Shown: positions 47,403-58,349, counted from the first letter of the stretch. The stretch is DNA of 64,000 nucleotides from Bacteroidota bacterium (GCA_963169645.1 CAUJCO010000006.1:70096-134095), one strand, 5' to 3'. The notes: a model not told the origin generated them from the letters alone. A program made the numbers and translations.

Positions 47403-48545
47403 ATGTTGAACGATTTTTTGCAACCAATTTCCAACGAATTTTTAGCTGAGTACTATTTCACAAATAAATATGCATCAGAATATATTCATCTGTTTCAGCA
47501 ACATCAAACGTTGGATAAGTACGCTGTAGCAATTGTGGGTGTGCAAGATTACAGAGGATATTTATCCAATAAAGGGACAGAAAGTGCTCCGAATGAAGTG
47601 CGCAAACAATTGTATCAATATGCATCGTTTACAAATGGAATGCGTTTATTGGATTTAGGAAATATTCGTGCAGGTGAAACATACGTAGATACGTTAGTGG
47701 CATTGGTAGAAACAATGCACGAACTTTTTAAACAAAATATCATTACTATCATTATTGGTGGTGATGCTGCTTTAGCTTCTGCGCAATTTAAAGCACACGA
47801 AATATTTGAAAATCCGATTACGGTTACACAAGTTGCCTCCAAAGTAGTATGGGAAGATAGTGATGTGGATATACATAAAACGTATTTAAAAGATTTTTTC
47901 TTGAGTGATTTTTTAAAGCAATATAATTTGGTTGCTTATCAATCTTATTTTATGCAAGAAAAGCAATTGTCTTTTTTGAGCAGTAGAGAATACAATGTGT
48001 TACGTGTTGGAAAAATCAGAGAACATATTTTTGAGGCAGAACCTTTTTTGAGAGAAGCGGCTATGGTTACTTACAACATCAACGCTATCCGACACTCGGA
48101 TGCACCCGGCCAGCCGGATGCTTCACCGAATGGTATGTTTGGCGATGAAGCTTGTGCAGTGGCACGTTATGCAGGCATGTGCGACCAATTAATGAGTATT
48201 GGTTTTTACGATTATAATCCGAAGTTAGATATTAGCCAAATTACCGCTAAACAAGTAGCCCAAATGATTTGGTATTTTATGGAAGGTGTGAGCTTGCGAC
48301 GCAATGATTATCCAATTACAGATGAAAATGATTTTAACCAATACATTGTACAAATCGATGATACGGAGAATGATTTCATCTTTTTAAAAAGTAAAAAAAG
48401 TGATCGTTGGTGGATGAAGATTATGTATGATAAATTAGATTTACAAAAACATAAACTCATTCCTTGCACATATCGCGATTATCTTACAGCTTTGAATAAC
48501 GAAATTCCGGAACGCTGGATGCGAGAATGGATTCGAGTATCATAG
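47403..48545 (+). CDS. Arginase/formimidoylglutamase-fold protein with degenerate metal-binding motifs
   Basis: AIVGVQDYRG...GTESAPNEVRKQLY and IIIGGDAALA align by eye with ureohydrolase motifs. However, GGDHS reads GGDAA, and I see no DAHxD or DxDxxDP equivalents. Confidence 0.45.
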   Translation: MLNDFLQPISNEFLAEYYFTNKYASEYIHLFQQHQTLDKYAVAIVGVQDYRGYLSNKGTESAPNEVRKQLYQYASFTNGMRLLDLGNIRAGETYVDTLVALVETMHELFKQNIITIIIGGDAALASAQFKAHEIFENPITVTQVASKVVWEDSDVDIHKTYLKDFFLSDFLKQYNLVAYQSYFMQEKQLSFLSSREYNVLRVGKIREHIFEAEPFLREAAMVTYNINAIRHSDAPGQPDASPNGMFGDEACAVARYAGMCDQLMSIGFYDYNPKLDISQITAKQVAQMIWYFMEGVSLRRNDYPITDENDFNQYIVQIDDTENDFIFLKSKKSDRWWMKIMYDKLDLQKHKLIPCTYRDYLTALNNEIPERWMREWIRVS

Positions 48546-48548
48546 TGT

Positions 48549-49490
48549 TTATTGCTCTTTCACTGCTTTTGCTTCTTCTATCATTCGAAGTTTTCCATCT
48601 TCCAAATTTAAGATAGTAGCTGTATTTCCGTTTCCGGCTTTAGCCAACGTTTGTAATTTAGATTGAACATAATCCGTTGGTTTTCCAAAACAAAAAATAG
48701 AAAGTGTAATATCTTTTTTCAATCCATCTTCTATTGTTTCTTGTATTTTTTGATAGTCTTTTTTGCCGGAAGTAATCAATCCGTCACTAGCTAAAATTAT
48801 TCGGTTATTGCCTTTTTCAATATAGTTTTTTAAAGCTGTTTTATACGCAACTTTTAATGCGATATCGCCTTCTGTAGTACTGCCAAAAGCTAAGTTGTCT
48901 ATTTTTTTATGAATAGCTGTTTTATCAATAACAAAAGTAGGTGAGAGGATTTCTTCTACTCCTTTTGAAAATGCTAATAAGGTGATTTTATCCGTACTGC
49001 GCAATTCATCCACTAAATATTTTAAGGATGCTTTCAATAATGGCATGCGTTCCGGGGTATTCATAGAGGAAGAAACATCTATTAAAAAAACAAGATTATT
49101 TGTGGCATAACCTTGTAATATTGGTATTATCGTATCTGCAACAATGCGTTCTTTTTTTATTACAACCGGATTTTTTTGTTTTAATCGAAAAGAAAAATGT
49201 GCATTGTTAGTAACATGAATAAATCCGTTTAAAGTATAGTAATTATCGGCACTAATTTGAATGGTGTAATCACCTTCAGGTACCACCACATTTGTTTTTA
49301 TTACATAATTACCTAATGAGTCTGTTGTGGCAGTGTAATCTACGCCAGTGTAAAAACTTATAGTGATAATTGCATTTTGGATATTTTGTCTGCTGTCTTC
49401 ATCCTTAATAGTACCACTAATTTTCATTCCTTCAGAAAAAGCAGTAGCAGTAATTAGTAAAGAGAAAATGAGTGTATAAATAAATTGCAT
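48549..49490 (-). CDS. Secreted VWA domain protein with an N-terminal CarboxypepD_reg-like domain
   Basis: Signal peptide, ISGTIKDEDSRQNIQNAIITI (Cna/CarboxypepD_reg-like), and MIDAS LIDVSSSMN with downstream T and D residues. Confidence 0.8.
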   Translation of the reverse strand: MQFIYTLIFSLLITATAFSEGMKISGTIKDEDSRQNIQNAIITISFYTGVDYTATTDSLGNYVIKTNVVVPEGDYTIQISADNYYTLNGFIHVTNNAHFSFRLKQKNPVVIKKERIVADTIIPILQGYATNNLVFLIDVSSSMNTPERMPLLKASLKYLVDELRSTDKITLLAFSKGVEEILSPTFVIDKTAIHKKIDNLAFGSTTEGDIALKVAYKTALKNYIEKGNNRIILASDGLITSGKKDYQKIQETIEDGLKKDITLSIFCFGKPTDYVQSKLQTLAKAGNGNTATILNLEDGKLRMIEEAKAVKEQ

Positions 49491-49569
49491 GCGTCAAATT
49501 TGTTTCTAATTTACAATATAGTCGTTAATTTTACTTTATTACATCAATTTTTGTGCTATTTTTAACGAA

Positions 49570-50316
49570 ATGAAAAATTACATCGTTTTATTGCTATTAT
49601 GTTTGATTTTGGGAAATACGTTTGCTCAAGATTCTACTCGTCAAAGCGTTTATAAATTTCGATTAGGCGTTGATATTCCGATAGGATTGCTAACAGCCGG
49701 AACAGGCATTGGAGCATTGATTAAATACAAAAAAAATAAACCATTGACGTTAGCTGATGTATCAAATTTGAAACCAACCGACGTTAATAAATTTGATAGA
49801 TATGCCGTATATCAACACTCTAGAGCAGCAGCCATAACGAGTGATGTGTTTCAATACACAGCAGCTATTAGTCCTGTTTTTTTATTTATTGATAAAAATA
49901 TCCGTAAAGATTGGAAAACAATTGTGCCAATTTGGATGGAAACATTTGCATTAACTTCTACGTTGACCATGTTCACCAAAGAAATGGTACGCAGAAAAAG
50001 ACCGTACGTGTATAGCGAAGATTTTAATGGCAATAAGCTTAGTAAAAGTGCTGCAGCTTCATTTTTTTCAGGACATACTTCTATTACTACTGCAAGTACT
50101 TATTTTATTGCGATGGTTTATGCCGATTATCACCCTACTTCCAAATGGAAACCTTTAGTGTGGACAGGTGCTGCGGTATTTCCTGCATTAACCGGATTAC
50201 TACGTGTAAAAGCCGGAAAACATTACTGGACAGATGTAATTGTTGGTTATACTGTTGGTGCATTGGTAGGCTCACTAACACCCTTTTTACACAGAAGAGA
50301 TTTTAGAAAGAAATAG
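49570..50316 (+). CDS. PAP2 family phosphatase
   Basis: The three PAP2 motifs: KEMVRRKRP, SFFSGHTS and LRVKAGKHYWTDV. Confidence 0.85.
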   Translation: MKNYIVLLLLCLILGNTFAQDSTRQSVYKFRLGVDIPIGLLTAGTGIGALIKYKKNKPLTLADVSNLKPTDVNKFDRYAVYQHSRAAAITSDVFQYTAAISPVFLFIDKNIRKDWKTIVPIWMETFALTSTLTMFTKEMVRRKRPYVYSEDFNGNKLSKSAAASFFSGHTSITTASTYFIAMVYADYHPTSKWKPLVWTGAAVFPALTGLLRVKAGKHYWTDVIVGYTVGALVGSLTPFLHRRDFRKK

Positions 50317-50317
50317 T

Positions 50318-50974
50318 TTATTTCTGTATCCAAACGTACATTTTATTTCCGGATGCATCAATGGAAAAACTTTCCGGAAATACATTTGTAAACACCGTTT
50401 CAAATTGTTTATTCTCTATTTTATTTGCATATGATGCATCAATTTTTGAATAGATAAGTATTGCATTTTGTGCCGCACATTTTTTCAAATTTTTTAAAAA
50501 ATCAGTTTGCATAAATTCAATCGGTGTTTCATCATCCATAAATACATCAAATAAAATTAAATCAAACTGTTGTTGATTGGTTTGTATAAAAGTGGTTGCA
50601 TCCATGCAAACAAATTGCACCTTTTCTATCAAGGAAGTTTGTGTGTATTTCTTAGCTAAATCAATAATTACAGCATCCGCATCTACAGCAGTAATATACT
50701 CTATTCGATTATTAACTTCTAGTAAATCCACCACACTTCCTAAACCGTAACCCAATACCAATACCGACTTTATGGTTTGTTTTTTTATATTGAGGGCATT
50801 GAAGGCTGTTTCAAACGAAGTATAATTTTTACCAAAAGAATAAATGGCATTTTTAGTGCTGAGTTTGTATGCACCGCGATGGAAAGACACTTCCACTTCA
50901 CCACTGTATTGACTTTGCACTTTTTCAAGTGGTAAGTCAATACAATAGCTGAGTATCTTTTGAAAGGTATTCAA
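50318..50974 (-). CDS. Class I SAM-dependent methyltransferase / spermidine-synthase-like protein
   Basis: Glycine-rich VLVLGYGLGSV and acidic-loop AVDADA, with LILFDVF as post-II. Confidence 0.5.
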   Translation of the reverse strand: MNTFQKILSYCIDLPLEKVQSQYSGEVEVSFHRGAYKLSTKNAIYSFGKNYTSFETAFNALNIKKQTIKSVLVLGYGLGSVVDLLEVNNRIEYITAVDADAVIIDLAKKYTQTSLIEKVQFVCMDATTFIQTNQQQFDLILFDVFMDDETPIEFMQTDFLKNLKKCAAQNAILIYSKIDASYANKIENKQFETVFTNVFPESFSIDASGNKMYVWIQK

Positions 50975-50980
50975 TTTTTT

Positions 50981-53900
50981 TTATTCCGGTTTTGTTGGCG
51001 TTTCCGTTGGTGTTGTTGTCGGTGCTATAATAGGTTTGTTGATATCAGTACCTACTTTAAAACGTGCTTTAAAATCTTCCATTCGAATGACGAAGTTATC
51101 ACGCATACTCGCATCGGCCGGTAATAATTGGAATACCAACTCTTTTCCTTCGCGGTAAACTTTATCTGCATCGCGAAGTGTGAAAAATGTGCTTTGTACT
51201 TCCGGTATAGACGAAGCAATGCCCATTTGTCCTTTAATTAGTTTAATAAATAACCAATTTCCGGAAACTCCTTGTAAATAGATATTGACAAAATCGCCGC
51301 CATACGCATATCCTAATTCAATATATGCATCATATTCTCTTTTTATAGCGGTCGTTCCAAAATAAGCAAGACTTACTTTCTCTACACTTTTGAAAGAGGC
51401 ATCTTGATCATCCCAATAAAATTTACTACCACTTAGTAACATATTGTAATCGATGCTTTGAGGAATAGCAAGTGAATCGGATGCATATAAGTTGGCAATG
51501 ATTCTATTTGATTCTAAGGTATCTTTAGCTAATACAGATAATGTTCGGAAGATATTTTTATTGCGTTTGTAAGCAACAAAACGGGCTGTTCCTTCGCCTA
51601 CTAAAAATTGGTTGATTAGCGTATTGGCAACATGAGGTTGCAGTTTGAAATTAACAGCTAAATCAGCTTGTATTTCTACTTTTTGATTAGATGGTGTAAA
51701 ATTGAATGTACCGACACTACTAATTTTTGATGGAGCAATATCTAAGCCAAATCCAATTTCGCCGGATGCTTGAATAGCTTTAGTATTCTCATTATATTTT
51801 AAACAAGATTTATATGAATAAGGCGATGTCATTGCATTTTCATCTCCAAAAATAATTACACCCGGTTCTGTTTTGCTAAATTTCATCGAACCTTTTACAC
51901 TCATAATTGTCGCATCATTAAAACCACGCTTATCTTGTAAAATAGAACTATAAAATTCCGGTGTACTTTTGTCTAACATTAAACCAACAAATAAATTTGT
52001 ATTAGGTTGGTTTAATACACTATCCATACTCACTGCCGGTTTGCTTGGGTCGAGTTTTTGTTTATTCGCAATCCAATCGCTGGTATTATTAGTGATATCT
52101 ACTTTAATGGCACCATCTAACAAGATATCTTTATCTCTGGAATCAAATTCAAAATTTCCTTTGTAGTAAATTTTCTTATCTAATTTAAAATTATCTTCTT
52201 CTAAAATAGTCGTTTTAGCATATGTATATATCTTGCTGAAATCTCTAGTGTCTTCGTGTTTTTTACCTTTTTTACTTTTCGTTTCTACCGGCACCATTCC
52301 ACGATACGGATTGTTTACATTGATATCTGCCATGGCAACTTTTTCCGTAGTAGTGTTGTCCATTTTGAAATAATAATTTCCGGTTCCATTAAAATCATTT
52401 CGACCGATGATATTAATTTCTGCTTCTTTAACCGTGTGATAAGCTTTGGTTGCATTAAAAATAACTGTGGCATTTTTTAAGGAACGCACGGTTCCATCTT
52501 GTTCAATGAAGATTTCTCCTTTGTCCGGAATTACTTTTGAATCGGCTAACAATAATTCATTAATACCGGCAAAATGAATAGAGTTATCGGCTAAGTTTAA
52601 GTCGGCTGCTGAGGTTACAAATTTTAAAGAGTCTTTGGTAACATCGGTTGATAACAAGAAAAATTTAGAGTTGGCATTTGCTGCATTTAAAGTCAATTTA
52701 TTTTTGGCCAAATCAAAATGTAAGAATTTTGGATTCGCAACATATTTAAACGACTCTAATGGAATGGTATCGTTTTTATTTAATTCGATGTCAGCAATTT
52801 TATTATCTAAATCAAACTTTGCATTTACATCACTGGAAGCTAATAATGAAATTCCATCATCTGTAGTGAGATTTAAGTTGCCATTTTTTGCTTCAAATTT
52901 TCTTGCTTTAAATGTAATATCGTTGGATTGTAATTTCGTATGATTCCAAGATAGGACACCAACACCATATAGATTTTTATTATGCAAAATGAGCTTTCCG
53001 TTGAAATCAGTCGTGTTATTATACATACTAAATATCTCATCTTTTCCTTCAGAGATGGTTAATGAATCGCGTTTTACGTTCCAAACAAAAGAAGATTGGT
53101 TGATTTTTGCTTGTGGGAAATTTGCTGTTTTATCTTCTGCTATACGTACACTATCTAATTCTGCATATACACTATCCATAAAGAAAAAAGAGGTGTCGGC
53201 ATATAGTTTTGCCGGTCCAAATTCAAACAAACCCTTACCTGAAAGTCCGTTGCCATCCAAGGTTAAATCAGCTACATATTTTCCTTTGTTTCCAAATAAA
53301 TTATATCCTTTGGAGCCCGTATTTACATCAATACCATACGCTTTATCATCTTGTAATTTTAATCCGGATTTTATTGGTTCAAAAATTCCACCTGAAATTA
53401 GTTGACCATCTAATTGTAAATTTTCTGTGTTTAATTGGTTTAAACTTTCAAGTTCAAATGGATATACTTGATAGTAGAATTTATCTTTATTGTATTTATC
53501 GCCATTAGCACCTCTGTCGTATGTGATTTTTGAGGTATCTGCACTTTTAAAATAAGGATATTTTGGATTATTGTTAGTCCCTGATTTATTATTTGGCTCC
53601 GCAATATGCAATATGCCTGTAATATTTTGTATTGGTGTTTTAGAACGGATAAGTTTAATAACGCCATTTTCATTTGGCTTGTCGGATTCCGGAACGTACA
53701 TCACCATGGAATCAACATTCTTCATTTTAAATGCATAGTTGTCATAATCAAAATCTACTTGTTTGGCTACAAAATCGAAATTGCCCACTTGTATTTTTCC
53801 ATTCAACGTCATCACCCTATTTTTACCAACCCGCACAGTATCATTGCTCGGAATAAATTTTACGCCGGATTTAGTACTCATGTTGATTTCTTCCACACCG

Positions 53901-55555
53901 TATATTTCTAAAATATTGGTTTTAGTATTTAAGCGTGCATTGAGGTTTCTTTTAAAGGATGCAAATTTTATAAAGTCGTAATCTTGTTTTCCTTTTGACG
54001 ATAAAAATTGATTGATGAGTTTTTCTTTAACTTCGATGGTTCGTGTAGATGGATCATAATTGATATACGCATCTTCCACTAATTTAAAAAAGATATGTTG
54101 TGTAGCAGAAAAAGGTGCACCCGGATTTATTTCACCGGCAATACCTTGTGCATCTAAAAATCGGGTGCCATAGCTTTCGTAGTAACGATAAATTTTCTCG
54201 ATTGGACCTTGTTCTGTTGGGCCTTTATATTTGTTTTCTAAATTCGGTTGATAGTAATTAAACGATTCAAAAATTGCCGGAATTTCACCGGAAAGTGTAA
54301 TCATGTTGAATTTAATAATGGTACTATCTAAATTCCATTGCAAGCCATCTGCATAAATAAATAATTTATGGTAATTGCTGGTAAATGGTTGTTTGGAAAG
54401 TGGTTTGATGTCTCGATATGCTTTGATATCTTTTGTTTTGGTAGAATATGAGAAATTGACAAATGGATGATTAATCGTATTGTCATCCAAGAAAATTGTC
54501 ATAGAAGCATCTTCCACACTTATATCTTTAAATTCTTTTAGTTGAATTCTGTTTGCTGTAACACGAACCAATTCTTTGTTGTTTTTTCCGGATAATGAAA
54601 TTGTTGGCAACACAGAATCGGAACCTACACCATAAATATTCGTGCCAATTAATTCGAAGCCTGCTGTTAATTTTACTTCTTTTGCTAAGGTGCTAAAGTT
54701 GACATTGTTGTTGTATGAACGGAATTTTGGATACAATCGTTCTTGTGATTCTGCTTGTAAGAGTTTATCGGTGTACGTACCTAATAATACTTCGTTTAAA
54801 ACCGGCTTAAACGTGAATTTAGCCGAGTCTATAATGATATCAGATTTTGCAAAATTGATTTGATGATTACCGAATGTTACAAAGTTGTTTGTCGGGTCGA
54901 ATCCTTTGCGTTGCATTTGAATAGTACCACTGTTTCCAATCCATAAATTTTCTAACGGATAATATCGTCCTTTTTCATTTTTTAATGTCAATGTATCTAC
55001 ATTGGAAATACCCATTAAATCGGTTGCTGCAAAAATAAAAACCGGTTTGTCGTCTTTGTATTCTACAGTGTAATTTCCGGTCGCGCGCCATGTATTGGTG
55101 TTGGTGTAGTAAAGTGCATTTTTAGCATATAAATTAGATAGATATTCCATATAAGCAGTGAACTCTTTTAAGTTTCCTGCTTTAGATTTATCTATTAAAG
55201 TTTGTAAGATGTCAAAATTTTTATCTATCACATCCGTTTTTGTTGTGGTAGATTCTATACTCAGCATCAAATTGGCTAACTGAAAAAATGTTGGGTATGC
55301 CGGAGCTTTTTTTGCCAACATAGATTGAGTGATACCTTTTATTTTAAAAAAATAAACAGCCGCTTTTCCGTTGGTAATCGCCTTCGGTAATTTTTCTGCT
55401 ACCTCTTTACAATCATCCCGTGTACAGTGATTTTTAATAAAATCGGCATAGGCCTTTCCATAGCCGGCATTATCCGTCGGAAACTCTTTTGGATATTGTG
55501 CTTTAGCAATTGTTACTATCAAAAAAAAGAGTATATAGGATGTTAGTTTCTTCAT
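50981..55555 (-). CDS. Very large secreted hypothetical protein (1524 aa)
   Basis: Uninterrupted ORF with signal peptide MKKLTSYILFFLIVTIAKAQ, beta-rich N/K/F/Y composition and a T/P-rich C-terminal tail (APTTTPTETPTKPE). No motif recognised. Confidence 0.7.
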   Translation of the reverse strand: MKKLTSYILFFLIVTIAKAQYPKEFPTDNAGYGKAYADFIKNHCTRDDCKEVAEKLPKAITNGKAAVYFFKIKGITQSMLAKKAPAYPTFFQLANLMLSIESTTTKTDVIDKNFDILQTLIDKSKAGNLKEFTAYMEYLSNLYAKNALYYTNTNTWRATGNYTVEYKDDKPVFIFAATDLMGISNVDTLTLKNEKGRYYPLENLWIGNSGTIQMQRKGFDPTNNFVTFGNHQINFAKSDIIIDSAKFTFKPVLNEVLLGTYTDKLLQAESQERLYPKFRSYNNNVNFSTLAKEVKLTAGFELIGTNIYGVGSDSVLPTISLSGKNNKELVRVTANRIQLKEFKDISVEDASMTIFLDDNTINHPFVNFSYSTKTKDIKAYRDIKPLSKQPFTSNYHKLFIYADGLQWNLDSTIIKFNMITLSGEIPAIFESFNYYQPNLENKYKGPTEQGPIEKIYRYYESYGTRFLDAQGIAGEINPGAPFSATQHIFFKLVEDAYINYDPSTRTIEVKEKLINQFLSSKGKQDYDFIKFASFKRNLNARLNTKTNILEIYGVEEINMSTKSGVKFIPSNDTVRVGKNRVMTLNGKIQVGNFDFVAKQVDFDYDNYAFKMKNVDSMVMYVPESDKPNENGVIKLIRSKTPIQNITGILHIAEPNNKSGTNNNPKYPYFKSADTSKITYDRGANGDKYNKDKFYYQVYPFELESLNQLNTENLQLDGQLISGGIFEPIKSGLKLQDDKAYGIDVNTGSKGYNLFGNKGKYVADLTLDGNGLSGKGLFEFGPAKLYADTSFFFMDSVYAELDSVRIAEDKTANFPQAKINQSSFVWNVKRDSLTISEGKDEIFSMYNNTTDFNGKLILHNKNLYGVGVLSWNHTKLQSNDITFKARKFEAKNGNLNLTTDDGISLLASSDVNAKFDLDNKIADIELNKNDTIPLESFKYVANPKFLHFDLAKNKLTLNAANANSKFFLLSTDVTKDSLKFVTSAADLNLADNSIHFAGINELLLADSKVIPDKGEIFIEQDGTVRSLKNATVIFNATKAYHTVKEAEINIIGRNDFNGTGNYYFKMDNTTTEKVAMADINVNNPYRGMVPVETKSKKGKKHEDTRDFSKIYTYAKTTILEEDNFKLDKKIYYKGNFEFDSRDKDILLDGAIKVDITNNTSDWIANKQKLDPSKPAVSMDSVLNQPNTNLFVGLMLDKSTPEFYSSILQDKRGFNDATIMSVKGSMKFSKTEPGVIIFGDENAMTSPYSYKSCLKYNENTKAIQASGEIGFGLDIAPSKISSVGTFNFTPSNQKVEIQADLAVNFKLQPHVANTLINQFLVGEGTARFVAYKRNKNIFRTLSVLAKDTLESNRIIANLYASDSLAIPQSIDYNMLLSGSKFYWDDQDASFKSVEKVSLAYFGTTAIKREYDAYIELGYAYGGDFVNIYLQGVSGNWLFIKLIKGQMGIASSIPEVQSTFFTLRDADKVYREGKELVFQLLPADASMRDNFVIRMEDFKARFKVGTDINKPIIAPTTTPTETPTKPE

Positions 55556-55565
55556 GATAATTACT

Positions 55566-56387
55566 TTATTTTTTTTGCAAAATGATACAAGACCAATTGT
55601 TTTGAGTAGTATGATAATTTGCTATCAAATTATATTCCAATGCTTTGTTTAATAAGATTGCACTGTCGGATTCATAAAATCCGGAAATCAATAAATAACC
55701 ATCATCTGCCAAACAATTCGTAAGTGTTTCCATGGTATCGACTAAATAATTGCGATGAATGTTTGCTAAAATGATATCAAATTTTTGTGATTTGTATTGA
55801 GTTATTTCACCATGTACGGCTTCTATTTTAGTACAATTGTTGAGTTGAATATTTTCTAAACAGTTGGTGTAACACCATTCGTCATAATCCAACGCGATAC
55901 AATTTTTAGCACCTAATTTTTCGGCTAAGATGGCTAAAATTCCGGTGCCGGAACCGCAATCTAAAACTGTTTTATTTTCAAAATGAATGGAACGCATATT
56001 TTGCATCATTTGTGCCGTAGTTGCATGATGTCCGGTCCCGAATGACATTTTCGGTTCTATAATAATTTCGTGTTGAGTTAGCTTTGTTTGTTGATGAAAA
56101 GTGGCACGCACATATACGAAATCATCCATCAATATTGGTTGAAAGGAGCTTTCCCATTGAGCATTCCAATTTTTATTTTCTAAAGTAGAAACCGTATAGG
56201 TAAGTTGATAGGTTGCACAAATTTCATTGATTTGCTCAATAGAAGAAATTTGCTGTGCATCATTCAAATAAATATCCAACGTGGCTTCCTTTTCTTCTAT
56301 GCCTTCGTTATCTATATCAAAAAATAAACCGGCAAAATCTTCTTTGTCAATAGTTGTAGGATATGGTATAGAATATACTTGTATCAT
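55566..56387 (-). CDS. prmA: Ribosomal protein L11 methyltransferase
   Basis: FGTGHHATT and DCGSGTGILAI motifs. The start overlaps the tpiA stop (ATGA). Confidence 0.9.
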   Translation of the reverse strand: MIQVYSIPYPTTIDKEDFAGLFFDIDNEGIEEKEATLDIYLNDAQQISSIEQINEICATYQLTYTVSTLENKNWNAQWESSFQPILMDDFVYVRATFHQQTKLTQHEIIIEPKMSFGTGHHATTAQMMQNMRSIHFENKTVLDCGSGTGILAILAEKLGAKNCIALDYDEWCYTNCLENIQLNNCTKIEAVHGEITQYKSQKFDIILANIHRNYLVDTMETLTNCLADDGYLLISGFYESDSAILLNKALEYNLIANYHTTQNNWSCIILQKK

Positions 56388-57154
56388 GCTTGCATTGCTT
56401 TTATTATAGTGGTAAAATCTGTTGCATTTAATGAAGCACCACCGACCAAGCCACCGTCTATATCATTTGTGTCAAATAATTCTGCCGCATTTGTTGCATT
56501 CACACTTCCGCCGTATAAAATGCTGATAGATGCACTTATGGCTGCTCCAAAATTATTTTTAATTTCATTTCTAATATAACAATGTACTTCTTGTGCTTGT
56601 TGTGGTGTAGCAGTTTTTCCGGTGCCAATTGCCCAAATAGGCTCGTATGCTATTACAATTTTCTTTATTTCATCATCCGATAAATGAAAAATACAATTTT
56701 GCAATTGTGCTTGTATAAATTCGAAATGCGTGTTGTTTTCTCGAATGTGTAATGGTTCGCCACAACAGAAAATAGGCGTCATGTTTTGTTGTAAAGCTTG
56801 TTTTATTTTTTGTAAAATAACAGCATCGGTTTCTTGAAAATATGTTCGTCTTTCAGAGTGCCCAACAATGATATAATTTGCCTGTATAGATGCTAACATG
56901 GCAGCTGATACTTCGCCCGTGTAGGCACCTTTGCTGTGTTCACTACAATTTTGTGCAGCGATATAAAAATGTGCTTTATCTTTTAATAGTGTACTACAAT
57001 GAGCTAAATATGGAAATGGTGGTGCAATGACCACTATTTTATTTTCGGATAAATGGAGTTGGTTTTCTTGTATTGTGATGTCATTTACGAGCGCTATAGC
57101 TTCTTCGTAGGTGGTATTCATTTTCCAATTTCCGGCAATTATTTTCTTACGCAT
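56384..57154 (-). CDS. tpiA: Triose-phosphate isomerase
   Basis: IAGNWKMN, VGHSERR, AYEPIWAIGTG and GGSV motifs. Confidence 0.95.
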   Translation of the reverse strand: MRKKIIAGNWKMNTTYEEAIALVNDITIQENQLHLSENKIVVIAPPFPYLAHCSTLLKDKAHFYIAAQNCSEHSKGAYTGEVSAAMLASIQANYIIVGHSERRTYFQETDAVILQKIKQALQQNMTPIFCCGEPLHIRENNTHFEFIQAQLQNCIFHLSDDEIKKIVIAYEPIWAIGTGKTATPQQAQEVHCYIRNEIKNNFGAAISASISILYGGSVNATNAAELFDTNDIDGGLVGGASLNATDFTTIIKAMQA

Positions 57155-57182
57155 AGCTATTTAAAAAATCTTGATTTGAAAA

Positions 57183-58349
57183 CTATTTTGTTCTATTTTC
57201 AAAAATATATTGCAGTATATTTTTTTCTTCTTGATTTAAATCGATGGCACGTCGCTCCATTACGCGTTGTGCTACTTCGTATGCTTTATCTAATTCAAAA
57301 ACATCGTTACTCCAAGAAAAATCCGGTACAAATTTGGGTGGAAATCCGGCACTAAACACATTGGCGAAAACACCCACCACCGTTCCGGTATTAAATTGTG
57401 TATTAATGGCTGCTTTAGCGTGGTCGCCCATTATCAATCCGCAAAATTGCAATTGGGTGTCGATGTAATTTTTTGAAGGATAGTTGTATGCTTTTACTTT
57501 TCCGTAATTATTTTTCAAGTTAGAGTTATTGGTATCTGCTCCTAAATTGCACCATTCACCGATTACTGAATTTCCTAAAAATCCATCGTGTCCTTTGTTA
57601 GAGTAGGCGAGCAGTACAGAGTTGCTTACTTCGCCACCTACTTTACAGTGTGGTCCGATAGTCGTATCTCCATAAATTTTTGCTTGCATTTTTAACGATG
57701 CATGTTCACACAGAGCAAACGGTGCTCTTATGGTACATCCTTCCATTACTTCGCTGTGTTTTCCTAAATATATTGGACCATTTGTACTATTTAATATACT
57801 GCATTCGCATTGCACACTATCTTCTACATAAATCTCATTTCCTAAAATGGTATTGGTAGCGGATAGTTTTTCCGGATTAGGTTTTAATCCTAAAAGTTGA
57901 ATATCATTTCTGATTTCTTGTCCATTGAAGGTGAAAATATTCCAAGGATATTTAAGATAGGTAATTTTTGTAGAAATAGTTTCTGTTGGGACAGCAAGAG
58001 TATGCAGTTCGTTTAAAGTGGATATTGGTTGCGTAGTATGTACGGCAATTATACCATTTTCGTTACATAAGGCTTTGTTTTCCGGTAAATCAATAATTTG
58101 TTGCACCAATTGTGTATTAGGCAAAAAGTGAGCATTGATATAGATGGTGTGGGTTGTTTTTGGCGATGGATATTTGGGTTGTAAATAGGGTTGTGTTAAA
58201 ATGGAAGCAGTTGCATGCAAACTATGTTCCCATTTTTCTTTTATCGTTACTATTCCTATACGTAAATCGGCAACTGCACGTGTGGCGGTAAGTGGTAAAA
58301 GGTGGTCTCTGTCAGTTCCATCAAATAAGATAAAATGTTGAATCGGCAT
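57183..58349 (-). CDS. GlmU-family-like sugar nucleotidyltransferase/hexapeptide-repeat protein
   Basis: N-terminus FDGTDRDHLLPLTATRAVADLRIG and a C-terminal left-handed beta-helix repeat region (IGPHCKVGGEVSNSVLL..., GNSVIGEWCNLGADT). Confidence 0.65.
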   Translation of the reverse strand: MPIQHFILFDGTDRDHLLPLTATRAVADLRIGIVTIKEKWEHSLHATASILTQPYLQPKYPSPKTTHTIYINAHFLPNTQLVQQIIDLPENKALCNENGIIAVHTTQPISTLNELHTLAVPTETISTKITYLKYPWNIFTFNGQEIRNDIQLLGLKPNPEKLSATNTILGNEIYVEDSVQCECSILNSTNGPIYLGKHSEVMEGCTIRAPFALCEHASLKMQAKIYGDTTIGPHCKVGGEVSNSVLLAYSNKGHDGFLGNSVIGEWCNLGADTNNSNLKNNYGKVKAYNYPSKNYIDTQLQFCGLIMGDHAKAAINTQFNTGTVVGVFANVFSAGFPPKFVPDFSWSNDVFELDKAYEVAQRVMERRAIDLNQEEKNILQYIFENRTK

